A stretch of DNA of 64,000 bases from sequence record PV400809.1; one strand, written 5' to 3'. The position numbers and the translations under genes are program-made. The notes below the pieces were generated by a model. The model was given only the letters and a program-made list of their open reading frames with translations, was not told where the DNA came from and searched no databases. The stretch's first letter is position 1; every line of letters begins with the position of its first letter. Shown here one piece after another: positions 56,401-64,000 of this stretch.

Positions 56401-59400
56401 CAACGGAGCCGTTATTGGCGCTAGCCGCTTAGCGGGTAAACTCTTTACCGAAGACAACAAGGAAGTATTCCTTAAAGGCCTGAATAAGGTGCGGGATCTC
56501 TTTATGAAAGCCTTTAACTGGCTGGATCCCGTTAACCGAGTGAAAGGGCTTTGGGATAAAGCTCGTACACGTCTGTACCGGATGGATATTTACATTGAAG
56601 GTGAAGACGAACCGGTTTTGCTGGGGAGTCGCTTTGGTAAAGGTCAATACTTCAAACGGAGTGGCGACGGGTTCGTTGAACTCCAGGGATGGGATGAGAT
56701 CGATGGCCCGGTGTATGACAAGGAAGGGAATACCCTGATCACGGCTGAAGAATACGACCGTGGACTTAAAACCTCCATGGGGACCAGTATCAACAAGCTG
56801 GGTGCAGGGCTTAAACAAGCCGGACAGTTCGGGTTGGATCTCTTTGGTAAACTGAAAGACCGTGCGGGCGGGTATGCGAAAGGCATGGGGGGTCGGGTTA
56901 AGAATCCGTTCAGTACGGATCACTCTCCGGTGGTCAATTCCGTGGATCGGATCTATTACCTCCTCTTGAAACATTGGGGGTATAACTCACCGGATGGTAG
57001 CCCCAATCCCTTTACTCCTCCAGTACCAGGTTCCCAAGATGCCCCAGAGGGCCCTCCAGGGTCCCTAGGAGATCGAAACGATCTTACCCTCACCGAAGCC
57101 CTTATGGAAAAGAATCCAGCGCTTAAAGACGCCCTGGAGCGCTTTAGAGCCGCTAAAGGAAAAGCGGGTGCGGGGGACAACACCGATCGGTTCCGTCGGT
57201 CAGCGTCGACCAGTGATACCACCCGAGCTAACTCACTGGCCGACCGCACGCAAAAACTCCAGGAAGAGAAAGACAATACCGTTAAGAATGCCATCATCTC
57301 GATTGCTGAAAACTTCGGTTTCGGTATGAAGGATGAGAAAGAACTCGGTAAGAAGAAGAAGTTCGGTATCTTCGGTCTCCTGAGCAGTTTGGTAGGAGGT
57401 GTTAAGAAAGGCTTCGAGTGGTTGACCAGCTTCCTGGGTTCTAAGGTCCTCTGGAGCGGGTTCAGTGCATTGTTTAAGTTCGGTCGTATGGGACTTAAAC
57501 TGTTGCCGATTATCGCTAAGGGCGTCGCTGGTGGACTCGGTGGGTTATTGAATGGTCTGGGTGGACTCGGACGCTTGGGTAAACTGGGTGCAGGACGCGC
57601 CGGTTTGATTGGCGCAGGTGCATTGTCTGCGTACGAAATGTACCAGGTCGCTACTGACGAAGAAACGAAGAAACTCGATACCACCGACCAAATCCTTAAA
57701 GTGGGTAAAGCCGGTAATAGTCTTTACCAACAAGTGGGTGCCACTGCGGGCTTACTGGGTGGACAGACCATTGCGAAATGGATTCTGGAGAAGGTCAAAG
57801 GAAAGAGTCCCACTACGGATGCCCTGGGGTCTTCGATGTACAGTCCCTTTGGAGTGATGTTGGGGACTTCTAAATGGGGATGGGATTCCCTGTTTGGTTC
57901 AGGTAAGGGGAAACAAACTGAACTACGGATGGTTCAGTACGGTCTCTCAGATCCTCACGGTCCTCTGGCGGCTAAAATCCTCAACGTTGAGAACCTGCTA
58001 AAAGACCATGTGGTGATTGGAAATGGGCGTGCGTCGCTGTCTAAGCAAGCGCCTATTGAGGAAGTCCTTCGTCTCTTCGTGGGTGATCCTCAAGACCGTA
58101 ATGAAATTGGTGAAGTCTTTACCTGGTTCAATGGACGGTTCAAACCCGTTTACTTGACCTACCTGGCCTGTTTGGATGCGGTTAAACTGAGGTCGTTGAA
58201 GGACTATGACGATTCGTCTGACTTAATCGTGTACAAAGTGGCTAAGCAAGCCCACAGTGCCCTCAGTGGGTTGGTGCCTTCCCCGTACCAGATCGTAGCT
58301 AAGATTGACAAGGAGACTCCTCTCCTTGATCAACAAATGACGATCATCCGGGTGGGTAACCTCCTGGAGGCTCTGAAGAAGTACGTCGGGGCTAAAGATC
58401 CCACCATTGATCCCTTTGCCGTTTCTACGGTTAAAGGCCAAAGTCTGGAGTCCCTCCAGAAGGAACGGGTTCAACTGGAACGGAGGCTGGAAGACCGCAG
58501 TACTCAGTGGAAAGACTTCGGGGAGAAGATGGAGGCCACCGATCGCCTGAAGGAGGTTAAAGGTGAAATCGATCGGTTAGGGAAAGCGTATACCGCCAAT
58601 GCGGTTGTCGGTCAGATCTATATCCAAGACCTGATGCCAGATGGTAAAGCTCTGGATATGCTTACTGCTATCCGGGTGGCTACCTACGGGAATGATAAGG
58701 ATGTCCCCTGGCGGGTCGAAGCTGTCCTCAAGTTGGAACGTCATTGTGAATCCCTGTTTATGGCGAAAGGGGATGACATGGTGTTCAAGGGCAACATAGG
58801 TGAACTCTTCGGTCGGTTCAAGGACGCCTTCCGGGTGGATGATCGGTACGTGGATGCCTGGTGCAAGTGGTTCAGGGATCGGTTCCTGCCGGTACTGACC
58901 AACTACATGACCCTGATGAAGAAATACCGTCGGGGGCTACCGGGTGTGGTTTGGAGAACCCTTTCCGCCACCGCACGGTATGAGATCGCCAAGGAACTGA
59001 CTCAAACCCAAGTCAATGGTGTCTTTGGCTTTACCATTTCAGTCTGGAACGTACGGGCGGCACCCTTCGCCTGGGAAACCTCTCCAGGGCGGTCGGATAA
59101 AGTTGACAGGATGTTGAACCTCTTGGGGGAAGCGTCGGTAGAAGCTAAACTCAAAGACCCTGAATTGGAAGCGGGTAAGACCAACGCCCAAACCTGGGCT
59201 GAGAAAATCAGTCCTCACCGGGTAGGGGGTGGGTTCACCGACCAACAGGCGAATGTTTCTACCCCGGAACAGTTCCGGTCTCGGAGAGATTCTGCTCTAG
59301 GAGGGATGTACGGTACCTTTGGCGGAGACGCTGGGAATACGTACAGTAGTGACGGTCGGTTCAGAACCCCTGAGAATGCTTTTGGCTTCACGCCCATTAC

Positions 59401-61102
59401 GGGTGATTCGGACACCAGTCATTTGGATATGACCGGTGTGCGTACGAACCAAGGAACGGATCGAGGGGTGAGTGTTCCTAAACCGTTGGCGGAGCAGTTG
59501 ATCATCCGTGAGATGCTGAAACAAGGTTTTACGGATCCCCGTGAAATCGCTGAAATGCTCGCCCTTACCAACTACGAGTCTTCAGGCTATTCCCGGACCA
59601 CTGAGAACATGAAGTACAGCAGTCCGGAACGCTTGGTTCAACTCTTCAGGGAAGTGAAGAGCATGGAACAAGCGAGAGCCCTCGTACAAGCCGGTGAAGT
59701 GGCCATCGCCAATACCGTGTACGGTGGGGGTAAAGGTGCTTCCTTAGGGAACAGGGAAGCTGGTGATGGGTACCGTTACCGAGGGCGTGGGTTTATTCAG
59801 CTGACGGGTCGGGCTAATTACCGGAGGGTTGGGCAAGAGCTGGGTATTGATCTGGAGAACAGACCAGAGCTGGCCAGTAACGATCCGAATGTCATGGCAG
59901 CAATTGCGGTGAACTTCTTCAGGAACTCTAAGCTCTTGAGGAGTATTAGCCAAACCGGTGACTTCGGTAGAGCAGCCACAGGGTTGAATGGAGGTAATCC
60001 GTTACCTGAAATGCCTCAGCGCTACGCGCTCTATCTGAATTACCTGAAGAAACTGCAAAGTGGTGAACTGACCACAGCTGATAAAACGGCTGGGAGTGGG
60101 TTAGGGAGCCAAACCGGGTCCGACCTGTACGGTCAAGAAACCCCCAGCGAACCCCAGCGTCCTCAAGTCAGTAGACCGGCTCCAGGCGTTGTGGGTGGTA
60201 GTCTGCCGTCCCTGAATGGAACCATGGGAGGCGGAGGGGGACAATACGGGTCAGGTGATAACGGTGGGATGATCGTTAACACCAATACACCGGGTAGCAG
60301 TGGACTGCGCCTGAAATCCCCTGAAGCCATTGCGGGTGGTGAACATCACCCTGCTGTGGAAGAACTGGGTAAAATCATTCAACAGACAGTTCCGGGTTTC
60401 CGGTACTTCTCTGCGCTGAATGACGCCTACCACGTCAATAAGGGGTCTAAAGGCGCTCATCCTAAAGGCCTGGCCTTAGACTTCACCCTGGTGAATGGCG
60501 CACAAGGAAGTGACCAAGCGGTTGCCATTGTAACGGATATTCTTCGTCGGGCAGGATTGAGCCCTCAGGAATTCCAAGTCATCAATGAATACCGCAGTCG
60601 AACGGCACTCGGTACGGGCGGGCATATCCACGCGGCCTTTAAGTCCCCTGAAGCAGCGAACAAGTTCCTTAACGCTGTACGAGGCGGCCAGTCCGTGAAC
60701 GGGCAGGATACCACCGGACTGGGAGGGGGTGTGGTTGGACCGATGCAACGGAACGTTCCACCTACGCCTACTCCCACCTTTGGTAACCCGGCTACGGATG
60801 TCCCGATCTCGACTCCGAGGTCTAATGAGGGTTCTCCACCTCCCTCTGCACCTCAACCGGTTCCGCCTGCGCCGTCTGAACCTGTTCCTCAGTCCCCTCG
60901 GGGTACCGAGGCGCTTACGACCACCCGTAGTGATGACTCTGCGTTGGTGGCTGAGCTTAAGGCCTCGTTGGGTAAACTGGGTGATAACAGTTCGGATACG
61001 AACAGTATTCTGGCTGAGATCTACAAGGTACTGGGTCGGATGGCGGAGATGCAAGACAAACAGGTGAATCAGGGAACCGATAAAACCGTCCGTTTGAATT
61101 GA
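53471..61102 (+). CDS. Giant tail protein (tape-measure-like, phiKZ gp181 position) with peptidoglycan hydrolase domains
   Basis: 2543 aa; Gly-rich hydrophobic segments; GH19-like YES...LGN...DGYRYRGRGFIQLTGRANY; M15-like HPKGLALD...GHIH. Confidence 0.85.
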   Translation: MADNTFDDFDWGEDPFTGDIDFDTDFDGKKPGFIRSVATGFLSGVVNQTVGDTDARLNTLKMVLPKTWGTAFTTASDINRRRREIVDELKRESYDAVVDLQYLAKRGGDKLGKIAPNKITGGVASGLTRFSQNDFSSWKPYTSSASDTPSMENVDENDVKDLLGSEDANSLLERETVIGVGESITAMMTEVGGRTIGGLNTLNLSIGRSNQLLEQMVNYQRKVQLRNDTLKVNLLARSYLTSAKFYKFMEASNHRMIAELKTIALNSAKSDYEKTTHSQAMRKSIRESVFNTVKGSFGGIREFINERFGKDARGDGIRGAGDLIGAMRMAAEMSEGMPLNVGTMVGNVAAQMFISNLPRMINSRKGKEYVAKFKKQFPELGKWADNAYAQLTDLGNVASYNLSNAEGMVNTLSEYHNWGSSFDEDGDYEQYLSTLRSGQKPLGKVEWTVINTLKKGANKGMAGLLDEMYQPTGSRYSLKRRGLMDAHEPEIWNKQSSRTLNEVIPELLSHIHLSIEKIRTGDDTLKASSYDYVRGKLVSHNQKVADTFNRVMDKDQFKSQADTSLRLVDSIDPNKELSNEARRVLAMQLVQNADKRKGFSPYLYMNLETKGVNRQVADEIRELFQRNFDITPEAFTAFKEGSTLDRASAIARLPTEQARERAAKLTEQSNLLGRFMPDIAERVDMLRSSGYYNVMKEAGIIKSENGHDEVNMDTFRNVLQSFIDNPDRAMTYDNPLEEAVRKTRSFGRRGRGRRDAGGVIAAENAQLNETLQGVRETLDKLGAHIEQGGVSRSGLTDPSSLFTALNDQVTQGNSLLGKLVELGGNRNDILTKILERQPYEKTTPEAEEVIQQQKRSILERIKSTSFGDLFNKGIDKLLDNQPLVLGGLLGGLAGMAIYNPKGAALVGGGLALGMAYNKLRARAAARRAEDTEDLYEEGSDTPILESFKLFKGEYLDMLTGKIIQGWDQITGSIKDLANGAVIGASRLAGKLFTEDNKEVFLKGLNKVRDLFMKAFNWLDPVNRVKGLWDKARTRLYRMDIYIEGEDEPVLLGSRFGKGQYFKRSGDGFVELQGWDEIDGPVYDKEGNTLITAEEYDRGLKTSMGTSINKLGAGLKQAGQFGLDLFGKLKDRAGGYAKGMGGRVKNPFSTDHSPVVNSVDRIYYLLLKHWGYNSPDGSPNPFTPPVPGSQDAPEGPPGSLGDRNDLTLTEALMEKNPALKDALERFRAAKGKAGAGDNTDRFRRSASTSDTTRANSLADRTQKLQEEKDNTVKNAIISIAENFGFGMKDEKELGKKKKFGIFGLLSSLVGGVKKGFEWLTSFLGSKVLWSGFSALFKFGRMGLKLLPIIAKGVAGGLGGLLNGLGGLGRLGKLGAGRAGLIGAGALSAYEMYQVATDEETKKLDTTDQILKVGKAGNSLYQQVGATAGLLGGQTIAKWILEKVKGKSPTTDALGSSMYSPFGVMLGTSKWGWDSLFGSGKGKQTELRMVQYGLSDPHGPLAAKILNVENLLKDHVVIGNGRASLSKQAPIEEVLRLFVGDPQDRNEIGEVFTWFNGRFKPVYLTYLACLDAVKLRSLKDYDDSSDLIVYKVAKQAHSALSGLVPSPYQIVAKIDKETPLLDQQMTIIRVGNLLEALKKYVGAKDPTIDPFAVSTVKGQSLESLQKERVQLERRLEDRSTQWKDFGEKMEATDRLKEVKGEIDRLGKAYTANAVVGQIYIQDLMPDGKALDMLTAIRVATYGNDKDVPWRVEAVLKLERHCESLFMAKGDDMVFKGNIGELFGRFKDAFRVDDRYVDAWCKWFRDRFLPVLTNYMTLMKKYRRGLPGVVWRTLSATARYEIAKELTQTQVNGVFGFTISVWNVRAAPFAWETSPGRSDKVDRMLNLLGEASVEAKLKDPELEAGKTNAQTWAEKISPHRVGGGFTDQQANVSTPEQFRSRRDSALGGMYGTFGGDAGNTYSSDGRFRTPENAFGFTPITGDSDTSHLDMTGVRTNQGTDRGVSVPKPLAEQLIIREMLKQGFTDPREIAEMLALTNYESSGYSRTTENMKYSSPERLVQLFREVKSMEQARALVQAGEVAIANTVYGGGKGASLGNREAGDGYRYRGRGFIQLTGRANYRRVGQELGIDLENRPELASNDPNVMAAIAVNFFRNSKLLRSISQTGDFGRAATGLNGGNPLPEMPQRYALYLNYLKKLQSGELTTADKTAGSGLGSQTGSDLYGQETPSEPQRPQVSRPAPGVVGGSLPSLNGTMGGGGGQYGSGDNGGMIVNTNTPGSSGLRLKSPEAIAGGEHHPAVEELGKIIQQTVPGFRYFSALNDAYHVNKGSKGAHPKGLALDFTLVNGAQGSDQAVAIVTDILRRAGLSPQEFQVINEYRSRTALGTGGHIHAAFKSPEAANKFLNAVRGGQSVNGQDTTGLGGGVVGPMQRNVPPTPTPTFGNPATDVPISTPRSNEGSPPPSAPQPVPPAPSEPVPQSPRGTEALTTTRSDDSALVAELKASLGKLGDNSSDTNSILAEIYKVLGRMAEMQDKQVNQGTDKTVRLN

Positions 61103-61114
61103 TCCATCTTAATA

Positions 61115-61136
61115 GGGGAGTACATCAGTACTCCCC
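61115..61136 (+). terminator. Terminator-like hairpin
   Basis: GGGGAGTAC/GTACTCCCC stem. Confidence 0.55.
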
Positions 61137-61169
61137 GCCTCTTTAGTTAACCTTAGGAATTTATTCACG

Positions 61170-63362
61170 ATGGCTCAGGTGACGACACGCGACCGGGACA
61201 TTATCACGAAATCGTTCCGTCTGTTAACCCGCGGTATCCCACCGAGTGAAGTATTAGACATCCTCGATTGGGACAAATATTTCAACGTTTTCAGTAGTGC
61301 AACAGGGGATAACCGCTTTGTGAACCCTGTGCCTCAATGGAGCCCTGCGACCGATCCCCGATACGGACGGTTAATGGTCACCCCAGAAGGGGGATTCGGC
61401 TCCATGTATAAAGAGATCTACGACAACAATGCCACTCTCTTAACCATTACTCCAGGTGTGGCTCAGTTCGCTGGTCTGCTGTCATTCATTACAAACATGT
61501 TCTCTCCCGCAGCGGCTATCATTGCCAACAAAGGGCGGGCACCCAGTCTGTCGTTCTACATGGGACAAGCCATCGGTTCTATCGCCTTTTGGCCTATGCA
61601 GCTGTTGAGTATCAGTACCCAATTTCTGGCATTCTTAGCAGATTCCCCCAAGCATCAGTTCTGGACTGTTAAGCCTGCGGTTGGGGCGTACACCATGGTG
61701 GCTACCGGCGTACTGAATGACTTCATGGTGAAACTGGGGTACATTGATCCCATCCTACCTAAGATGAACCAGCAACAGACCGATCCCCTGTACGGTCTTA
61801 AACCCGATTACGACAACAGTAAAGCCGTTTCCAGTCTGTCTACCCTTTTCCCTGATTGCGTCAACCAGGATGGGACTATTGACCTCATGCGGTTGGTCAA
61901 TAAAGGGGTGCGTAAACACCGGGTGATGTTGGAACGTCTGGCCTCTATGGACAACGACACTTCTATTAACTCCCCCCAACAGAAATTGGAACGAGCCAAA
62001 CAAATCCTTCAAGAAGTCACCTTCGATCGTTCGGTAACCGCTGGCAGACCTTCTCAAGAGTATATTGAAAAGGAAATGAGTACGGTCGGTAAATACCGGG
62101 GTGATAACGAACCCAACTATGTTGAAGAAGACAGTGCCTACCTCAACCGAGGCGCTTATCAAGACATCGACCCTGCACGTAATAAGCAATATGGAATTGC
62201 CAACCTTGAACTGGAACAACCTCCAACCGGACCTGACGGACAACCCACCTCCACCATGCAGCCTATGGGAACGGGTGGGTCTTATGGTACTTCAGCTCCT
62301 CCTGTAAACCCCAACGAACGGCCTCAACGCCCCTCTCCCGCCACTCCCTCAGTAACCGCTAATCCCGCTATTAACAATGGGGATCAGTTCTACTACGAAG
62401 ACAACCCTAACGATCGTACCTGGATGGGAGATATTTACGACCTCGTTAAAACCGCTGTAGCCGGTGGTATGGATGGGATCACCTTCCGCGTAGAGGGGAA
62501 CGGGGGAGCTACTCGGGATTCCTTCTCTAATAGCACTGGGCAATCGCCTATGGCGGAGAAGTTCAATTCCATTGTTCGCACTACCAATGACTTCACCTTC
62601 GATGTGGCTAAAGGTCAAACTGGCTTAGCCATTGTCGATGGACTGATTAACATTGTTAAAGACGCGGCTATGGGAGCCCTTTCCGGGTCTGTTATTGGAA
62701 ATATCCCCCTGGCTGTTGCCAATAACAGTTACGTCAAGATCCCTGACCACTGGACTGAATCCTCCTGCAATCTCCATACGGAGACCTACACCATTAAGTC
62801 AGTCTGTAACTACGCACACCCGTATGAGCAGATTGTTAAGATCTGGGTATTGATTTCCCTCCTACTGCCCTTAGTGGCCGGTAATACCTCAGGTGGTGGA
62901 ACCCATACCTCACCCTTCTACGTGAAAGCTTTCTGTAAGTCTCGTGGAATCATCCGTACCGGTCTGGTGACTCAACTGGATCTGACCCTGGGGGAAGGAG
63001 ATGCAGGGTGGACTCGTGATCGTAAACCGTTGAATATGACGGCCAGTTTACAGATTACCGATCTGGAACCCCTGGTCACCCTTCCTATTGATCGGTCCAT
63101 TAGCATCCTGGATCTTACTAATCCGAATGCGGTGGTCAGTCGTATTCTGTCGGATGACAGTGCGTTCAACAACTTTGCCAGTCGTATCACAGGGATGGAC
63201 TACCTGGATACCATTCTGCGGTGGTCGCGTTTGAACCGTCAACTGACGGGTGTGGTCACGGATATTAAGACCAGTATTCGTTCTGACAACATCGCGGCTA
63301 AAATCAACGATTCCGTGGTGGGTGATATACTTCGCATAACGACAAAACCTCTTGCAAGATAG
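61170..63362 (+). CDS. Virion structural protein, tail/baseplate (phiKZ gp182 position)
   Basis: 730 aa directly after the giant tail gene; AGGA RBS. Confidence 0.65.
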   Translation: MAQVTTRDRDIITKSFRLLTRGIPPSEVLDILDWDKYFNVFSSATGDNRFVNPVPQWSPATDPRYGRLMVTPEGGFGSMYKEIYDNNATLLTITPGVAQFAGLLSFITNMFSPAAAIIANKGRAPSLSFYMGQAIGSIAFWPMQLLSISTQFLAFLADSPKHQFWTVKPAVGAYTMVATGVLNDFMVKLGYIDPILPKMNQQQTDPLYGLKPDYDNSKAVSSLSTLFPDCVNQDGTIDLMRLVNKGVRKHRVMLERLASMDNDTSINSPQQKLERAKQILQEVTFDRSVTAGRPSQEYIEKEMSTVGKYRGDNEPNYVEEDSAYLNRGAYQDIDPARNKQYGIANLELEQPPTGPDGQPTSTMQPMGTGGSYGTSAPPVNPNERPQRPSPATPSVTANPAINNGDQFYYEDNPNDRTWMGDIYDLVKTAVAGGMDGITFRVEGNGGATRDSFSNSTGQSPMAEKFNSIVRTTNDFTFDVAKGQTGLAIVDGLINIVKDAAMGALSGSVIGNIPLAVANNSYVKIPDHWTESSCNLHTETYTIKSVCNYAHPYEQIVKIWVLISLLLPLVAGNTSGGGTHTSPFYVKAFCKSRGIIRTGLVTQLDLTLGEGDAGWTRDRKPLNMTASLQITDLEPLVTLPIDRSISILDLTNPNAVVSRILSDDSAFNNFASRITGMDYLDTILRWSRLNRQLTGVVTDIKTSIRSDNIAAKINDSVVGDILRITTKPLAR

Positions 63363-63409
63363 AACACCTCTTCTATTTTGTATTGATTAAAAGAACTTAT
63401 TCAGTAATA

Positions 63410-63441
63410 ACTCCCCTACCCCTTAATTGGGGTAGGGGAGT
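63410..63441. terminator. Terminator between convergent genes
   Basis: 13-bp stem ACTCCCCTACCCC/GGGGTAGGGGAGT. Confidence 0.75.
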
Positions 63442-63452
63442 CTTCGTTAGGG

Positions 63453-64000
63453 TTATTTAATGCGAATAGGGGCGTTCGGGAAGGATTGATTCAATACATC
63501 CGTTGCCCGTTCAGTCTGAAAGATCCCCCGGGTGGTTAAGAGGGGAATCAACTCTTCAACAGGTGTTAACAGGGTTACCATGTCGTCACTGATGTTCGAT
63601 ACCAACCCCAGGTTGTACGCTTTACCGAATTGGGTCTCCCGGTAATACCACTCTTTACCAGCTACCGTTTCTAAGACGTTTAAGAGTTTCGTACGAATGG
63701 CGGGGTGCTCTTCACTGTGGACTTGACTGTCGAAGGAGAACTTCGTAAAGAGGGTTTCAATGAAATCCGGGTATTTACTCAGTAAGGTATTCTTGCCTTC
63801 GGTGTTAATGAGTTCAAAGACCTTACTGATACTCTCGACATCCCCATTCGTAATCATGTACTGAATAGCTTCAATAAAAGCATCTTGTCTCAGAGAGAGA
63901 TACGGGTAGTTATCCCATTGGGTTTTATAACTGTCACTCATCCCGTACATCGCCGAGTTGTACAGGATGGCGTTGTAAAACGCCGATTGAACACTGACGT
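63453..64000 (-). CDS. 3' part of a gene entering from beyond the window end
   Basis: The frame stays open upstream of the track's ATG (…VSVQSAFYNAILYNSAM) to base 64000. Confidence 0.7.
   Translation of the reverse strand, partial: VSVQSAFYNAILYNSAMYGMSDSYKTQWDNYPYLSLRQDAFIEAIQYMITNGDVESISKVFELINTEGKNTLLSKYPDFIETLFTKFSFDSQVHSEEHPAIRTKLLNVLETVAGKEWYYRETQFGKAYNLGLVSNISDDMVTLLTPVEELIPLLTTRGIFQTERATDVLNQSFPNAPIRIK

Noticed and set aside
19708-61167. AGGAATTTATTCA repeated at 19708 and 61155
   Set aside because: Most simply a reused RBS plus AT-rich spacer; only two copies

Overview
64-kb segment of a nucleus-forming (phiKZ-related, Chimalliviridae-type) jumbo phage, most genes on the minus strand. 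The 292-aa endolysin matches my recollection of Pseudomonas phage EL gp188, so this is EL or a close relative (recalled, not searched). From the window start: (i) nucleus/replication block with an SbcD-like nuclease, non-virion RNAP beta' subunit, chimallin (by synteny), split family-B DNA polymerase, six small overlapping genes, PhuZ tubulin and an Ntn peptidase; (ii) about 1 kb of hairpin-rich non-coding DNA, comprising candidate small RNAs upstream of phuZ and an AT-rich candidate origin with GNA-triloop hairpins; (iii) intein-containing terminase, baseplate-like genes, tail sheath and tube; (iv) accessory/early genes including dTMP kinase, a Nudix hydrolase, a PP-loop protein, exported proteins and a probable paralog family; (v) prohead protease, endolysin, virion RNAP beta and beta', and a 2543-aa tail protein. 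The strongest result is a group I intron (50226-51997, minus strand) inserted inside the catalytic DxDGD motif of virion RNAP beta'. A 60-codon second exon missing from the ORF track restores the motif. The intron carries an HNH homing endonuclease whose ribosome-binding site is locked in a 10-bp hairpin that an internal TATG late-promoter motif could bypass. No tRNA, rRNA or CRISPR array was seen. All calls are by eye, and phiKZ gene numbers are synteny-based recollections.
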